Assembly (NCBI GenBank): GCA_963845185.1
Contig: CAWJRG010000011.1
Coordinates: forward strand, 96,001-160,000
Source of the DNA: an uncultured bacterium
GTDB lineage: Bacteria > Oederibacteriota > PGYV01 > CAWJRG01
Direction: 5' to 3'
DNA length: 64,000 bases
Under the pieces are notes generated by a model. The model did no database searches, was not told the origin of the DNA, and saw only the letters and a list, made by a program, of their open reading frames with translations. The position numbers and the translations under genes were made by a program. This document shows positions 20,464 through 30,052 of the stretch, piece after piece. Position 1 is the stretch's first letter. Every line of letters starts with the position of its first letter.

Positions 20464-22851
20464 CTACTGCCCCTTTATCCTCCTTTCCTTTGCCTGCTCC
20501 AGTTGGTTGTATAAATTCACAATCTGGGGGTCGTTGCCGAATAGCGGTATAGCATCCTGCAGTGTCGAAAGCGCCTTGTCGATTTTGCCCATTTTATAAT
20601 ATGTATATGCCACATACATATACATGCTCAAACTTTTGTTTATTCCCCTTGCCCTGATAAAATACTTCAAAGCCGTGTCATAATTATTGTTTTTAAAATA
20701 ATAAACCCCTATATTTTTATTAACGTCAGCCGTCCTGTAATTTTCGCCTATCAAAAACTCGTATATATCAATGGCAGTTTCATAATTGCCTTTTGCCATC
20801 ATTTCTGTCCCCTGCGTAAAAAGCGCTTCATACTGCTTGTTTAAATCGATATTTCCTATAGCGTCTATATATGTCTGCAGCAATGCCCTGTTGTCGCTGC
20901 CGTATTGTATTGCCTTTTCAAACATTTCCTTTGCCATAGGCAGGATTTTGTTGTTATAATAAATCATTCCCAGCGCTGCGCACGCAACCCAGTAATCCTT
21001 TTTTATTGCAATGGACTTTTTAAGGCAATTGATTTCCTCGTTTTCATTACCCAATTCTTTATACGCCAGGGACATATTATAGTAAGTTTCTGCAGTCTCA
21101 GCACTCATTGCTTTCATGTTGTCTGTGTAGCAGAAATATAACGCCTTTTTATATACCCATAATGCCTCATTCGGCCTGTGATTTAGCAGCAACTCAAACG
21201 CTTGAAGCATCATAGTTTCAGGATACCATGTGACAAGATACAGGTTTTCCCCGTTATATTTCACATACCTGTCAAAAGTCCCCCTGTCATAAGCGTAAAG
21301 TTTATATATATCAGGCGAAACCTGCTCGTTAGCTAAGGTGTACTTGCGAACCAGCCCTTTTTGCTTGTAATTATATGCTATTTTAATCTTATCGACGAAC
21401 GGCGAATAAGTACTCCTGTAGACTCCTGTATTGCGTACAAAAACGCCTATTACATTATTCATATTATTGCCGAATTCATTCTCTTTCATCGGCATATTCC
21501 CATATTTATTTATAAAATCATTTATTCCCCACTTTATCCTGAGATTAAGAGCCGGCACAAATTTTATATCCGGCCTTTCTTTCTCAATAGCTTGTATATA
21601 ATAAACCGGCATCATGTTATGGTCGCCCTCAGCGAGGTACATGCTTCCCTGCTCCATGCTGTTTAATATATTTTTGCCGTAGTCGTAAGCCAGGTAGTCA
21701 TATCGCCTGTCGTTTTTTTGAAAATGCATGATGCCGGCAAATAAAACTGTTGCCACGACGAGGCCGATTAAAACCTGTTTTAGCATCCTTTGTTTAATAC
21801 ACACCATTGCAAAACATGCGCCGCACACCACAAACATCAGCAGTACATACTGCGCAGGCATAAGAAAAATATCTATCATCCATGCCCAGCCTGTTTCTGT
21901 GCGGTTGTAAAAAACTACCATCCCTGTGTATATAATGATTGCGCTTAAATAAAAGAAAAAGACCGGCCTGATTTTTTTTGCCAGTATATAACCACCGAAA
22001 AATATCAAAACCCACAATAATGAATAATTATTTATGAATAGATTCAGGAATTCTTTTACCTGGCCCATGTAAAGGCTCAATGACGGAGCAGGCAGCTCTG
22101 AATATCCGCTTCTAAGCAGCGTCCACCAGAAATCCGACCAGGTATTCGGTTTTGCCATAAAAACAAACGCGCCTTCACTGCCGCCTCTTATAGGCAGGTA
22201 AATATATGCGCTTAATCCGGTTATCAGGAATAACAGCGTAAAAACAGCGTTTTTTATGCTGATTTGGCGTACAAAACGTATAAAAAAATAGCCGAATACA
22301 GGCAAGAGTATTATCATGCTTGGCCAGTGGTTTGCAAGCGATAACCCGAAAATATACGATATTAAATAAAGATATTTAGTACTGAAATTGTTGAATAAAC
22401 GCAGGCTAAAAAACAGCATGATTGAGAAAAACAAAAGATTCAGCATATATATGCCGCCCTTTGCTTCTATTGCCTGGTTCCAGAATATATATGAAAAAGC
22501 AAGAATAAAAACTCCAAGGAAATTCATGATTTTATTTTCATAATTAAAAATGCGGAAGGTATTCTGCCTTATCAAGAAATAGGTTAAAAGCAGGATAATC
22601 ATCGCGAGAAAAACCGCGAACAGATTTATCCTGAAAGCAGGCGCGCCGATCGGCAGCCAGGAAAATATTTTTGCAGCCATTGTAAATAAAGGATAGCCGG
22701 GCGGATGGCTTATGCCAAGCATATATGCAGATGTTATGGTTTCCGGCGAGTCGTTGCTTTTAAATGCCGGCGGCATGGTGTAAATGTATATTTGAAATAT
22801 TGCAATTAGAGACAGCAGCAATATTATTGTATCTTTATATTTTTTCCACAT
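20464..22851 (-). CDS. DUF2723 / TMEM260-like GT-C membrane glycosyltransferase with C-terminal TPRs (copy 1)
   Basis: DSPE..LGISHPPGYPL motif, FWNQAIEAK, LSLANHW, many TM helices, TPR tail; start moved to MWKKY (SD AAAGGA, matches paralog start). Confidence 0.85.
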   Translation of the reverse strand: MWKKYKDTIILLLSLIAIFQIYIYTMPPAFKSNDSPETITSAYMLGISHPPGYPLFTMAAKIFSWLPIGAPAFRINLFAVFLAMIILLLTYFLIRQNTFRIFNYENKIMNFLGVFILAFSYIFWNQAIEAKGGIYMLNLLFFSIMLFFSLRLFNNFSTKYLYLISYIFGLSLANHWPSMIILLPVFGYFFIRFVRQISIKNAVFTLLFLITGLSAYIYLPIRGGSEGAFVFMAKPNTWSDFWWTLLRSGYSELPAPSLSLYMGQVKEFLNLFINNYSLLWVLIFFGGYILAKKIRPVFFFYLSAIIIYTGMVVFYNRTETGWAWMIDIFLMPAQYVLLMFVVCGACFAMVCIKQRMLKQVLIGLVVATVLFAGIMHFQKNDRRYDYLAYDYGKNILNSMEQGSMYLAEGDHNMMPVYYIQAIEKERPDIKFVPALNLRIKWGINDFINKYGNMPMKENEFGNNMNNVIGVFVRNTGVYRSTYSPFVDKIKIAYNYKQKGLVRKYTLANEQVSPDIYKLYAYDRGTFDRYVKYNGENLYLVTWYPETMMLQAFELLLNHRPNEALWVYKKALYFCYTDNMKAMSAETAETYYNMSLAYKELGNENEEINCLKKSIAIKKDYWVACAALGMIYYNNKILPMAKEMFEKAIQYGSDNRALLQTYIDAIGNIDLNKQYEALFTQGTEMMAKGNYETAIDIYEFLIGENYRTADVNKNIGVYYFKNNNYDTALKYFIRARGINKSLSMYMYVAYTYYKMGKIDKALSTLQDAIPLFGNDPQIVNLYNQLEQAKERRIKGQ
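22597..22837. repeat. 241-bp near-identical block shared with 24751-24991
   Basis: Manual alignment, 3 mismatches. Confidence 0.92.
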
Positions 22852-23004
22852 TAAATTATCCTTTTGATTGTATTGTTTGTTCCCCTGTAATTTAACATGA
22901 AATAATATTTTTTCCATTAAAAAATTTTATATTTTATGTCATTTCTTAAAAATATATTGTTCCATTAAATAATGAATTTTAAAATTGATCATTACCAAAA
23001 TATG

Positions 23005-25005
23005 TTATTGTATATTCCCCATGCTCTGATTTATTGATGATATATATTGTTCAAGGCCCTGTCTGTTCGGGCTTCCGTATCGTATCGCATTTTCAAACAT
23101 TTCCTTAGCCTCCGGCCCTAGTTTTTGATTGTAATAAATCATTCCCAATACTTCAAACGGCCTATAAAAAACATCACTTGCATTAATATTAGCAGCTTCT
23201 TTTAAGCATTTTATCTGATTATCTTCATCATTTACTAATGCATATGCCATTGATAAAGCATAGTAAGTATGGGCTTCATATTTTATTACAGGCATGTATA
23301 ACGCTTTTTTAAATATATCTATCGCATCATTATATTTTTTTTGATTTAAAAAATCACTTCCCTGAGATGCCATACGCCAGCTATAAATTGATATTAATTC
23401 TTTATCAAAATGAATTTTTGTTTTAATATCATAAATTCCCCTGTAAGAATAATTTTTAAAAATATTCGCAGATATATATTCGTTTTTATCTGCCATTTTG
23501 TTCACAATTCCGTCTGCCCGCTGGTAATAATTATTGGTATTATTTTCCAAATCATTTCTATAAAGGCTCAAATAAATATTATCTTTTAAAATGAAATTAT
23601 TAATAATATTAATTACATTATCAGTCAGATAATCTTTTTTAAGCCCGATATTACCGTATTTCTTTATAAAATCCTCTATTCCCCATTGATAATTTAATGA
23701 AAATAAATTTAAATATTTTATGTCATTTATTTTATGTTCAACGGACTGGAAATAACATAACGGCATTATATAATAATCGGCTGTAGCTATAAAAAAGCTG
23801 CCGGGTTTTATTGTTTTTATAATATTATTGCCAAAATCATAAGCAATATAATCATATCTGTTGTTATTAATTTTATAATTTTGAAATCCCATATTTAATA
23901 TTATTCCAGTAAATATAATCATAAAAGAATACTTATACCTTTTTAAGTTTAGTATTTTCATAACATAATATGCCCCAAATATGATTAAAATATATGATAT
24001 ATATTGTGAAGGCATAAGAAAAATATAAATTAAATCAAATGCTATTTTTTCACCCCGGTTAATTAATACAACAGCAAATACAACAATTAAAAATCCGCTT
24101 AAATAAAAAAATAGTATTTCTCTACTTCTTTTAAATAAAATATATGCCCCGAAAAATATTAACAACCATATATATGAAAAATTGCTTAAAAACAAATGAA
24201 TAAATCCTTTTATTTGGTCTATATATAAATTTATGGTTGGAAGCTCCAGATAAGTATAAGCATTTCTTAAGATTGTCCACCAAAAATTTTCCCATGTATT
24301 TGTCCGTGCCATAAAAACAAAAATGCCGTCCGTTCCGGCTCTTATAGGTAAGTAAAGATAAGGGCTCAAACCGGTAAAAAGCAGCAAAACCATTGTTATA
24401 ATATTTTTTTGATCTATTTTTTGCCTATATTTAAAAACTAAATATCCAAAAACCGGTAAAAGTATTATCATACTCGGCCAGTGGTTAGAAAGCGACAACC
24501 CGTAAATAAACGCCATAAGATAAATATATTTAATATTCAATCCTCTGAATAATTTTATGCTCAGATACATCAATATTGCAAGAAACAATAGATTTAATAT
24601 ATATATGCCACCTTTTGCCTCAATTGCTTGGTTCCAGAATATAAAAGAAAATGCTAAAATAAATACACTAAAAAAATTTATTATCTTATCTTCGTAACCA
24701 AAAATAAGCCATGTATTTTGTTTCAACAAAAAATAGGAAAAAAATAAAACAATCATCGCAAGAAAAACCGCGAACAGATTTATCCTGAAAGCAGGCGCGC
24801 CGATCGGCAGCCAGGAAAATATTTTTGCAGCCATTGTAAATAAAGGATAGCCGGGCGGGTGGCTTATGCCAAGCATATATGCAGATGTTATGGTTTCCGG
24901 CGAGTCGTTGCTTTTAAACGCCGGCGGCATGGTGTAAATGTATATTTGAAATATTGCAATTAGAGACAGCAGCAATATTATTGTATCTTTAATTCTTTTT
25001 TGCAT
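23005..25005 (-). CDS. DUF2723 / TMEM260-like GT-C protein with TPRs (copy 2)
   Basis: Same motifs; N-terminal about 80 aa identical to copy 1, remainder diverged and visibly AT-richer. Confidence 0.85.
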   Translation of the reverse strand: MQKRIKDTIILLLSLIAIFQIYIYTMPPAFKSNDSPETITSAYMLGISHPPGYPLFTMAAKIFSWLPIGAPAFRINLFAVFLAMIVLFFSYFLLKQNTWLIFGYEDKIINFFSVFILAFSFIFWNQAIEAKGGIYILNLLFLAILMYLSIKLFRGLNIKYIYLMAFIYGLSLSNHWPSMIILLPVFGYLVFKYRQKIDQKNIITMVLLLFTGLSPYLYLPIRAGTDGIFVFMARTNTWENFWWTILRNAYTYLELPTINLYIDQIKGFIHLFLSNFSYIWLLIFFGAYILFKRSREILFFYLSGFLIVVFAVVLINRGEKIAFDLIYIFLMPSQYISYILIIFGAYYVMKILNLKRYKYSFMIIFTGIILNMGFQNYKINNNRYDYIAYDFGNNIIKTIKPGSFFIATADYYIMPLCYFQSVEHKINDIKYLNLFSLNYQWGIEDFIKKYGNIGLKKDYLTDNVINIINNFILKDNIYLSLYRNDLENNTNNYYQRADGIVNKMADKNEYISANIFKNYSYRGIYDIKTKIHFDKELISIYSWRMASQGSDFLNQKKYNDAIDIFKKALYMPVIKYEAHTYYALSMAYALVNDEDNQIKCLKEAANINASDVFYRPFEVLGMIYYNQKLGPEAKEMFENAIRYGSPNRQGLEQYISSINQSMGNIQ
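24751..24991. repeat. 241-bp near-identical block shared with 22597-22837
   Basis: Manual alignment, 3 mismatches. Confidence 0.92.
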
Positions 25006-25153
25006 TTAATCGTCCTTTTTGATAATCATTAGATTTTCCCATTAATTTAACATGAAATAGTGTTTTTTTCATAAAAAATTTTGGAATTTATATTTATATT
25101 TTTTTCTCGGTCATTCTATTCCATAAGGTATCATTGATTAATAACAAAATTTG

Positions 25154-25520
25154 TTATTGTATCTTATCTAAACTCTTGTCTATTTTTGATATATATTGCT
25201 CAAGTACCTGTACGTCCGGACTGCCGAATTGTATAGCTTTTTCAATCATTTCCTTTGCCATGATCAAATTGCCCTCCTCAAAATAGACCCCGCCAAGCGC
25301 TTGATAAGCCTGCCAATAATTTACTTTTAACAAAATAGCTTTTTTTAAGTATTTTATTTGGTTATCTTTGTCATTTAAACTTCTATAAGCATTAAAGAGA
25401 TCGTAATAAAAATTCGGTTCATTCTCTTTCATTTCATTTTTAAAAGGGAAAAACATAGCTTTTTTAAATATTTGTAGTGCTTCGACCGTATTTCCTCCAT
25501 ACGAAAGTTCTTCTCCCTTT
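25154..25520 (-). pseudogene. 5'-truncated third paralog (TPR C-terminus only)
   Basis: In-frame ...ALQIFKKAMFFP...DNQIKYLKKAI..AKEMIEKAIQFGSP..LEQYISKI aligns with the C-terminus of copy 2; downstream intergenic sequence also homologous. Confidence 0.75.
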
Positions 25521-25555
25521 GGACAATGAATTTTCCCCCTCTTTTTATACTATTA

Positions 25556-25765
25556 TCATCTATTTTTTATTGCCCTTCTGACAGAAGTGACGGAAATGCC
25601 CGACATATCGGCAATCTCCTTGTATATTCCCATGAAATTATATTTAAAATTGTCTTTTTTTAAACATTGAAAAGCTTGGTATATTATTTCGTCCCTGCGT
25701 TTTATATAATTAAGTCTTTGTTTGATATTCAGGAATTCATTTCATATGATTTTATTTTTTGCCAT
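25556..25765 (-). pseudogene. small HTH DNA-binding protein gene with in-frame TGA at codon 8
   Basis: Manual translation MAKNKII*NEFLNIKQRLNYIKRRDEIIYQAF..IYKEIADMSGISVTSVRRAIKNR; SD AGGGG. Confidence 0.6.
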
Positions 25766-25867
25766 AGTTTATCCCCTACAGTAAAACCTAATAGGTAATA
25801 CACTAAATAGAAAAAATTAATACATGGATTTATTTCCGTTTATTAAAGCCTTTATACCCTGAATATA

Positions 25868-25896
25868 AATGTATTACTATATTGATATTTTGTCAA
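25868..25896 (-). promoter_or_regulatory. sigma70-type promoter
   Basis: TTGACA-17bp-TACATT upstream of the HTH pseudogene. Confidence 0.55.
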
Positions 25897-26159
25897 CACG
25901 AAATCTTGTCAATTTCGAATTGAGAAATTATATGTCACCAAGCATAACAGTCCGGGACTTTTAGGAGTTTTTAATTCATAAACGTGAAGATGGGCTTTGA
26001 AGATTTTGTATTAGACTTTCCCTTGCAATGTATGTCAAGGTAGAGGTCGTAGGATATTTTAACTGCTTTTATTGTTTTTCAACCCCGACTTTTTTGTCAC
26101 ATAAAAGGTAAAAAAATTCCAAATTTTTCTCTCAATCTATTTTAAACTACAGATTATTT

Positions 26160-27185
26160 TTAATTCGGTTTTATTATGACTTTCAGGCATTCTTTGCTTT
26201 CGCTTGCCAGGCGAAAACCTTCTGCTATTTGATCAAGCAGTAAAATATGCGTGATAATATCCGTAACTTTCATCCTGCCCGAGCTTATGAGTTCTATGGC
26301 CTGCTTATTATCCTCTGGCGCCGAACCATAGCTTGTTTTTATGCTGATATCGTCGCGCCAGAAAGGCGTAAAATCTATTGCCACGGTTTCACCCGGCTTT
26401 GGCACTGCAAAAAATACTATCGTTCCTCCCCTGTCCACACACTTCAATGCCTGGTTCGCGGCAGGCAAAGCGCCGGCGCATAATATTACTTTATCAGCAA
26501 GCCTTCCGTTATTTGCCTTTTTCACCATTTCAGGCACGTTTTCCGCTGCGCTTATTATTGTATCAGCGCCTGCTTTTCGGGCAGCTTCCATTTTATACGG
26601 GCTTATGTCAGTCGCTATTATCTTGCCTGCTCCTGTTTCCTTTGCCAACATTATGCTCAGAAGCCCGGTTATGCCGCTTCCTATTATAAGAACAGTATCG
26701 CCTTTTTTAAGCCCGGCTGCGCGCAGGCACCGCACGACCGTGCCGACCGGCTCTATAAAAGTCGCCTGTTCGTAAGACATATTTTCGGGAAGTTTGAACA
26801 CCCCCGTTTCAATTGACCTGCCCGATACTTTTAAAAACTCGGCAAAGCCGCCGGGAGTAAAATTATTTTCCGAATGAAATACTTCGCAGGCTGTCTCATG
26901 TCCGTTTTTACAATAAATACATTCGCCGCATGGTACATGGTGTGTGGCAAAAACCCTGTCCCCCTTTTTTAAGCCTTTGATATCTTTGCCGGTTTCCATG
27001 ATTTCACCGGCCATTTCATGTCCGAGCACGATTGGCGCCTTTTTTATCCTGTACCATTCCAGTACATCGCTGCCGCAGATGCCGCATGCCATGACCTTTA
27101 TCAATATATCTTTAGGGCCAATTTCCGGAACCGGCCTTTCCTCTATTCTCACGTCCCTGTTATTATAATAAACTCCTGCTTTCAT
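26160..27185 (-). CDS. zinc-dependent medium-chain alcohol/polyol dehydrogenase
   Basis: CGICGSD, GHE, CxxCxxC..C, GSGITG. Confidence 0.93.
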   Translation of the reverse strand: MKAGVYYNNRDVRIEERPVPEIGPKDILIKVMACGICGSDVLEWYRIKKAPIVLGHEMAGEIMETGKDIKGLKKGDRVFATHHVPCGECIYCKNGHETACEVFHSENNFTPGGFAEFLKVSGRSIETGVFKLPENMSYEQATFIEPVGTVVRCLRAAGLKKGDTVLIIGSGITGLLSIMLAKETGAGKIIATDISPYKMEAARKAGADTIISAAENVPEMVKKANNGRLADKVILCAGALPAANQALKCVDRGGTIVFFAVPKPGETVAIDFTPFWRDDISIKTSYGSAPEDNKQAIELISSGRMKVTDIITHILLLDQIAEGFRLASESKECLKVIIKPN

Positions 27186-27190
27186 TTTGC

Positions 27191-28069
27191 TTACTTCTTA
27201 ATTAAGCTGTTATAAAATTCAAGCGCTTCTTTCGCGGTTTTACCTTCGTGCACCACACTTCTTATTGTGCGTATCATTGCCACCGGGTTCTCGTTCTGGA
27301 ATATGTTCCTTCCCATGTCAACGCCTATGGCGCCTGCGTTTATGGCGTTATACGTGAACTCAAGCGCTTCCTTTGTCGGCCTTTTTGTGCCGCCTGCAAT
27401 CACAATCGGCGCCAGGCAGGATTCAACGACTTCCTCGAACCCGTCACAGTAATATGTTTTTACTATATCCGCTCCGTTTTCCGAGACGACCCGGCACGCG
27501 TGTTTTAAATATTTTATGGCTTCTTTCTTGTCTTCCTTTGACAGCTCGCCCCCGCCCTCTGCCTCGCCTTTCACGAATTTCCCGAGCACAGGGTCGCTCC
27601 CGACAGCCGTAATGCCTATTGAAATAAGGCCGTATTTATGGCCCTCATTTGTATGGTCAGCCAGGTTTTTTATGGTCTGCTTCTGGTGTGGAAGGCCGAT
27701 ATAGCATGAAACCGTAAAGCCGATTGCGTTTAACTTCAGGATTTCGTCTATTGTGACTGTTATTACCTCATCGTCCAGCTCATCCGGTTTTCTCATGCTG
27801 TTGCCGCCAGTTGCCCTCAATATAATAGGCGTCGTGCACCACGGGTCCATGCTGGTTTTCAAGCCTCCAACAGTAGGGCTTATCGCGTCGCAGTACGCTA
27901 TCAGTGGCTTTATCGTGTTTCTTAAATCCTCCAGCCCTGCCGGCGCGCCCTGAAAATAGCCGTGGTCAACGGCAAGCAATACCGTCCTGCCCGACTCCGG
28001 GTTCACCATCCTTGCGAGCCTATTTGTCAGCCCGCTCCATTCAGTCTGATATTCAAATATCTTTTTCAT
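27191..28069 (-). CDS. lsrF: LsrF-like class I aldolase/thiolase (DhnA family)
   Basis: LAVDHGYFQG, GADIVKTYYC, PIVIAGG, GVDMGRNIFQ. Confidence 0.85.
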   Translation of the reverse strand: MKKIFEYQTEWSGLTNRLARMVNPESGRTVLLAVDHGYFQGAPAGLEDLRNTIKPLIAYCDAISPTVGGLKTSMDPWCTTPIILRATGGNSMRKPDELDDEVITVTIDEILKLNAIGFTVSCYIGLPHQKQTIKNLADHTNEGHKYGLISIGITAVGSDPVLGKFVKGEAEGGGELSKEDKKEAIKYLKHACRVVSENGADIVKTYYCDGFEEVVESCLAPIVIAGGTKRPTKEALEFTYNAINAGAIGVDMGRNIFQNENPVAMIRTIRSVVHEGKTAKEALEFYNSLIKK

Positions 28070-28110
28070 GTTTTTCTCCTTTTGGTTTTAATCTTATAAA
28101 TCGGATTATA

Positions 28111-28911
28111 CTATTCCAAATGTGTTTTGTCAAATTTGTAAGGCGAATCTGGAATTGATGCAAGAAGCAGTTTTGTGTAGTCGTTTAAAGGCTTTTTATA
28201 TATATCGCTTACTTGCCCCTCTTCCACTATCTTTCCTTTGTTTAAAACAATCATCTCATCTGCTATGTTTTTCACAACCCTTAAATCATGTGTGATGAAA
28301 ATTATTAATATCTTTCCCTCTTTGTTCAGTCTTGAGAAAAGCTCAAGTATCTGTGCCTGCACTGATACGTCGAGTGAGGATACGGGCTCGTCCGCAACCA
28401 GGACCTCTGGTTTCATGGTAAGCGCCCTTGCCACAACTGCCCTTTGCCTCTGGCCGCCTGATAATTCGTGCGGGTATTTCTTTAAGATCGAGACAGGCAG
28501 CCCCACCAGGCCAAGGTATCTTTTTACTTCCGTTTCAAGCTGCTCATCTTTTAATTTAAAGTGAAAGTTGATGGGTTCTGAAAGCGCGTCTGATATTTTA
28601 ATCCGCGGATTTAAAGAAGCGAATGTATCCTGGAATATATATTGTATTTTCCTTCTCGTGTAAGGGTTTTTAAAATCAATCGGCTTGCCTTCAAAGAATA
28701 TTTCGCCTGAATCCTGCGTTTCAAGCCCGCATATGCACCTTGCTATGGTTGTCTTGCCTGACCCGCTTTCGCCTACAACTGCAAGCACCTTGCCTTTAAA
28801 AAGCGTAAAACACACCCCGTCCACTGCCTTTACAGTGTCTTTTTCCTCTGAAAACACATGCTCTATTTTAAAGCTCTTTTTTAGTCCTTTTACTTCAATA
28901 ATTTTTTCCAT
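28111..28911 (-). CDS. oligopeptide/dipeptide ABC ATPase (OppF/DppF-like)
   Basis: GESGSGKT, YPHELSGGQRQR, DEPVSSLD. Confidence 0.93.
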   Translation of the reverse strand: MEKIIEVKGLKKSFKIEHVFSEEKDTVKAVDGVCFTLFKGKVLAVVGESGSGKTTIARCICGLETQDSGEIFFEGKPIDFKNPYTRRKIQYIFQDTFASLNPRIKISDALSEPINFHFKLKDEQLETEVKRYLGLVGLPVSILKKYPHELSGGQRQRAVVARALTMKPEVLVADEPVSSLDVSVQAQILELFSRLNKEGKILIIFITHDLRVVKNIADEMIVLNKGKIVEEGQVSDIYKKPLNDYTKLLLASIPDSPYKFDKTHLE

Positions 28912-28934
28912 GTTTGCCTCTTAGTATTTCACGA

Positions 28935-29023
28935 TGTCATTGCGAGGAGCGAAGCGACGAAGCAATCTCGCATTTTAGGAAAAAACGAGATTGCCACGCT
29001 CCCTTTGGTCGCTCGCAATGACA
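28935..29023. repeat. 89-bp palindromic intergenic element (GTCATTGCGAG...CTCGCAATGAC type)
   Basis: tgtcattgcgag/ctcgcaatgaca terminal stem, inner gcaatctcg/cgagattgc stem, GCGAAGC mini-hairpin. Confidence 0.85.
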
Positions 29024-29055
29024 GAATACGTAGTTGTAGCGAACGATCCCATTAA

Positions 29056-30021
29056 CTACTTTACCGGGAAATAACACCTTACAAAATGTCCCTTCTTTAA
29101 TTCCTCTATTTCCGGGTGCTTTTTTGTACATTTATCCCTGCCGTACTCGCACCTGCCGTAAAAATAACACCTGCCGAGCACCTGCTTTAATTCCGGTACT
29201 TCTCCTTTTATTACCTTGAATTCCCTTTTATCTTCCCTTACATCCGGTATCAGCTCGAATAATGCTCGTGTGTAAGGATGTAAAGCTTCTTTTTCTTTTT
29301 TAATCCTGCAGTCTTCCATTATTTCACCTGCATACATTACAACAACCCTGTCTGCCGTATCTATGGCCAGGTGCAAATCGTGCGTTATTAAAATCAGCGT
29401 AAGCCCCCGCTCCTCTTTTAACTTTTTAAGCGTTTGCATTATCTGCGCCTGCACGGTCACGTCAAGCGCGGTCGTGGGCTCATCCGCGACCAGGATTTCA
29501 GGGTTGCACGACAGGGCAATGGCTATCATTGCCCTTTGCTGCTGGCCTCCTGACAACTGGTGCGGGTATGAGTTGTATACCCTTTTCACGTCGTCTATGC
29601 CTGCTTCTTTTAGAAGCCTTTCCCCGGTATTTTCAAGCTCCTGCTTTTTTGTGTCTTTGTAATGCGCGAGCACGGTTTCCTCAATCTGCTGTTTTATAGT
29701 AAACACCGGGTTAAGGGCAAAGCCTGCTTCCTGGAATATTGTGCTTATTATTTTCCCCCTAATTTTTTCAAGTTTCTTGTTGCTTTTGTCAATCATGCTG
29801 TTGCCGTCTATCAGGATTTCGCCTCTTACAGCTGTATTTTGCGGCAGCAGGTTTATAAGCGCGTTTGCAAGCGTTGTCTTGCCGCAGCCAGACTCGCCGA
29901 CTATTGCTATGCTTTCGCCTTTTTCCACTTTTAAATCAATGTTCCTGAGGGCAAACACTTTTTCCCCGGGATTTATCAGATATTCGACGTTTAGGTTGTT
30001 GACTTCGATGATTTGGCTCAT
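29056..30021 (-). CDS. oligopeptide/dipeptide ABC ATPase (OppD/DppD-like, Cys-rich C-terminus)
   Basis: GESGCGKT, YPHQLSGGQ, DEPTTALD, HPYT. Confidence 0.93.
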   Translation of the reverse strand: MSQIIEVNNLNVEYLINPGEKVFALRNIDLKVEKGESIAIVGESGCGKTTLANALINLLPQNTAVRGEILIDGNSMIDKSNKKLEKIRGKIISTIFQEAGFALNPVFTIKQQIEETVLAHYKDTKKQELENTGERLLKEAGIDDVKRVYNSYPHQLSGGQQQRAMIAIALSCNPEILVADEPTTALDVTVQAQIMQTLKKLKEERGLTLILITHDLHLAIDTADRVVVMYAGEIMEDCRIKKEKEALHPYTRALFELIPDVREDKREFKVIKGEVPELKQVLGRCYFYGRCEYGRDKCTKKHPEIEELKKGHFVRCYFPVK

Positions 30022-30036
30022 ATTTCCCCTTTAATT

Positions 30037-30052
30037 GTAGAGACACGCCATG
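30037..30052. repeat. left half of REP-like palindrome plus target duplication CATG
   Basis: gtagagacacgc-catg; joins 31667-31682 to give the perfect 28-bp palindrome GTAGAGACACGCCATGGCGTGTCTCTAC. Confidence 0.88.

Noticed and set aside
25742..25744. TGA recoding (alternative code or selenocysteine)
   Set aside because: TGA is used as a normal stop in rpsH, rpsQ, nuoK and others; there is no redox-Cys context.
28937..29131. 64-aa minus-strand ORF
   Set aside because: Off-frame overlap with the ABC ATPase end plus translation of the palindromic element.
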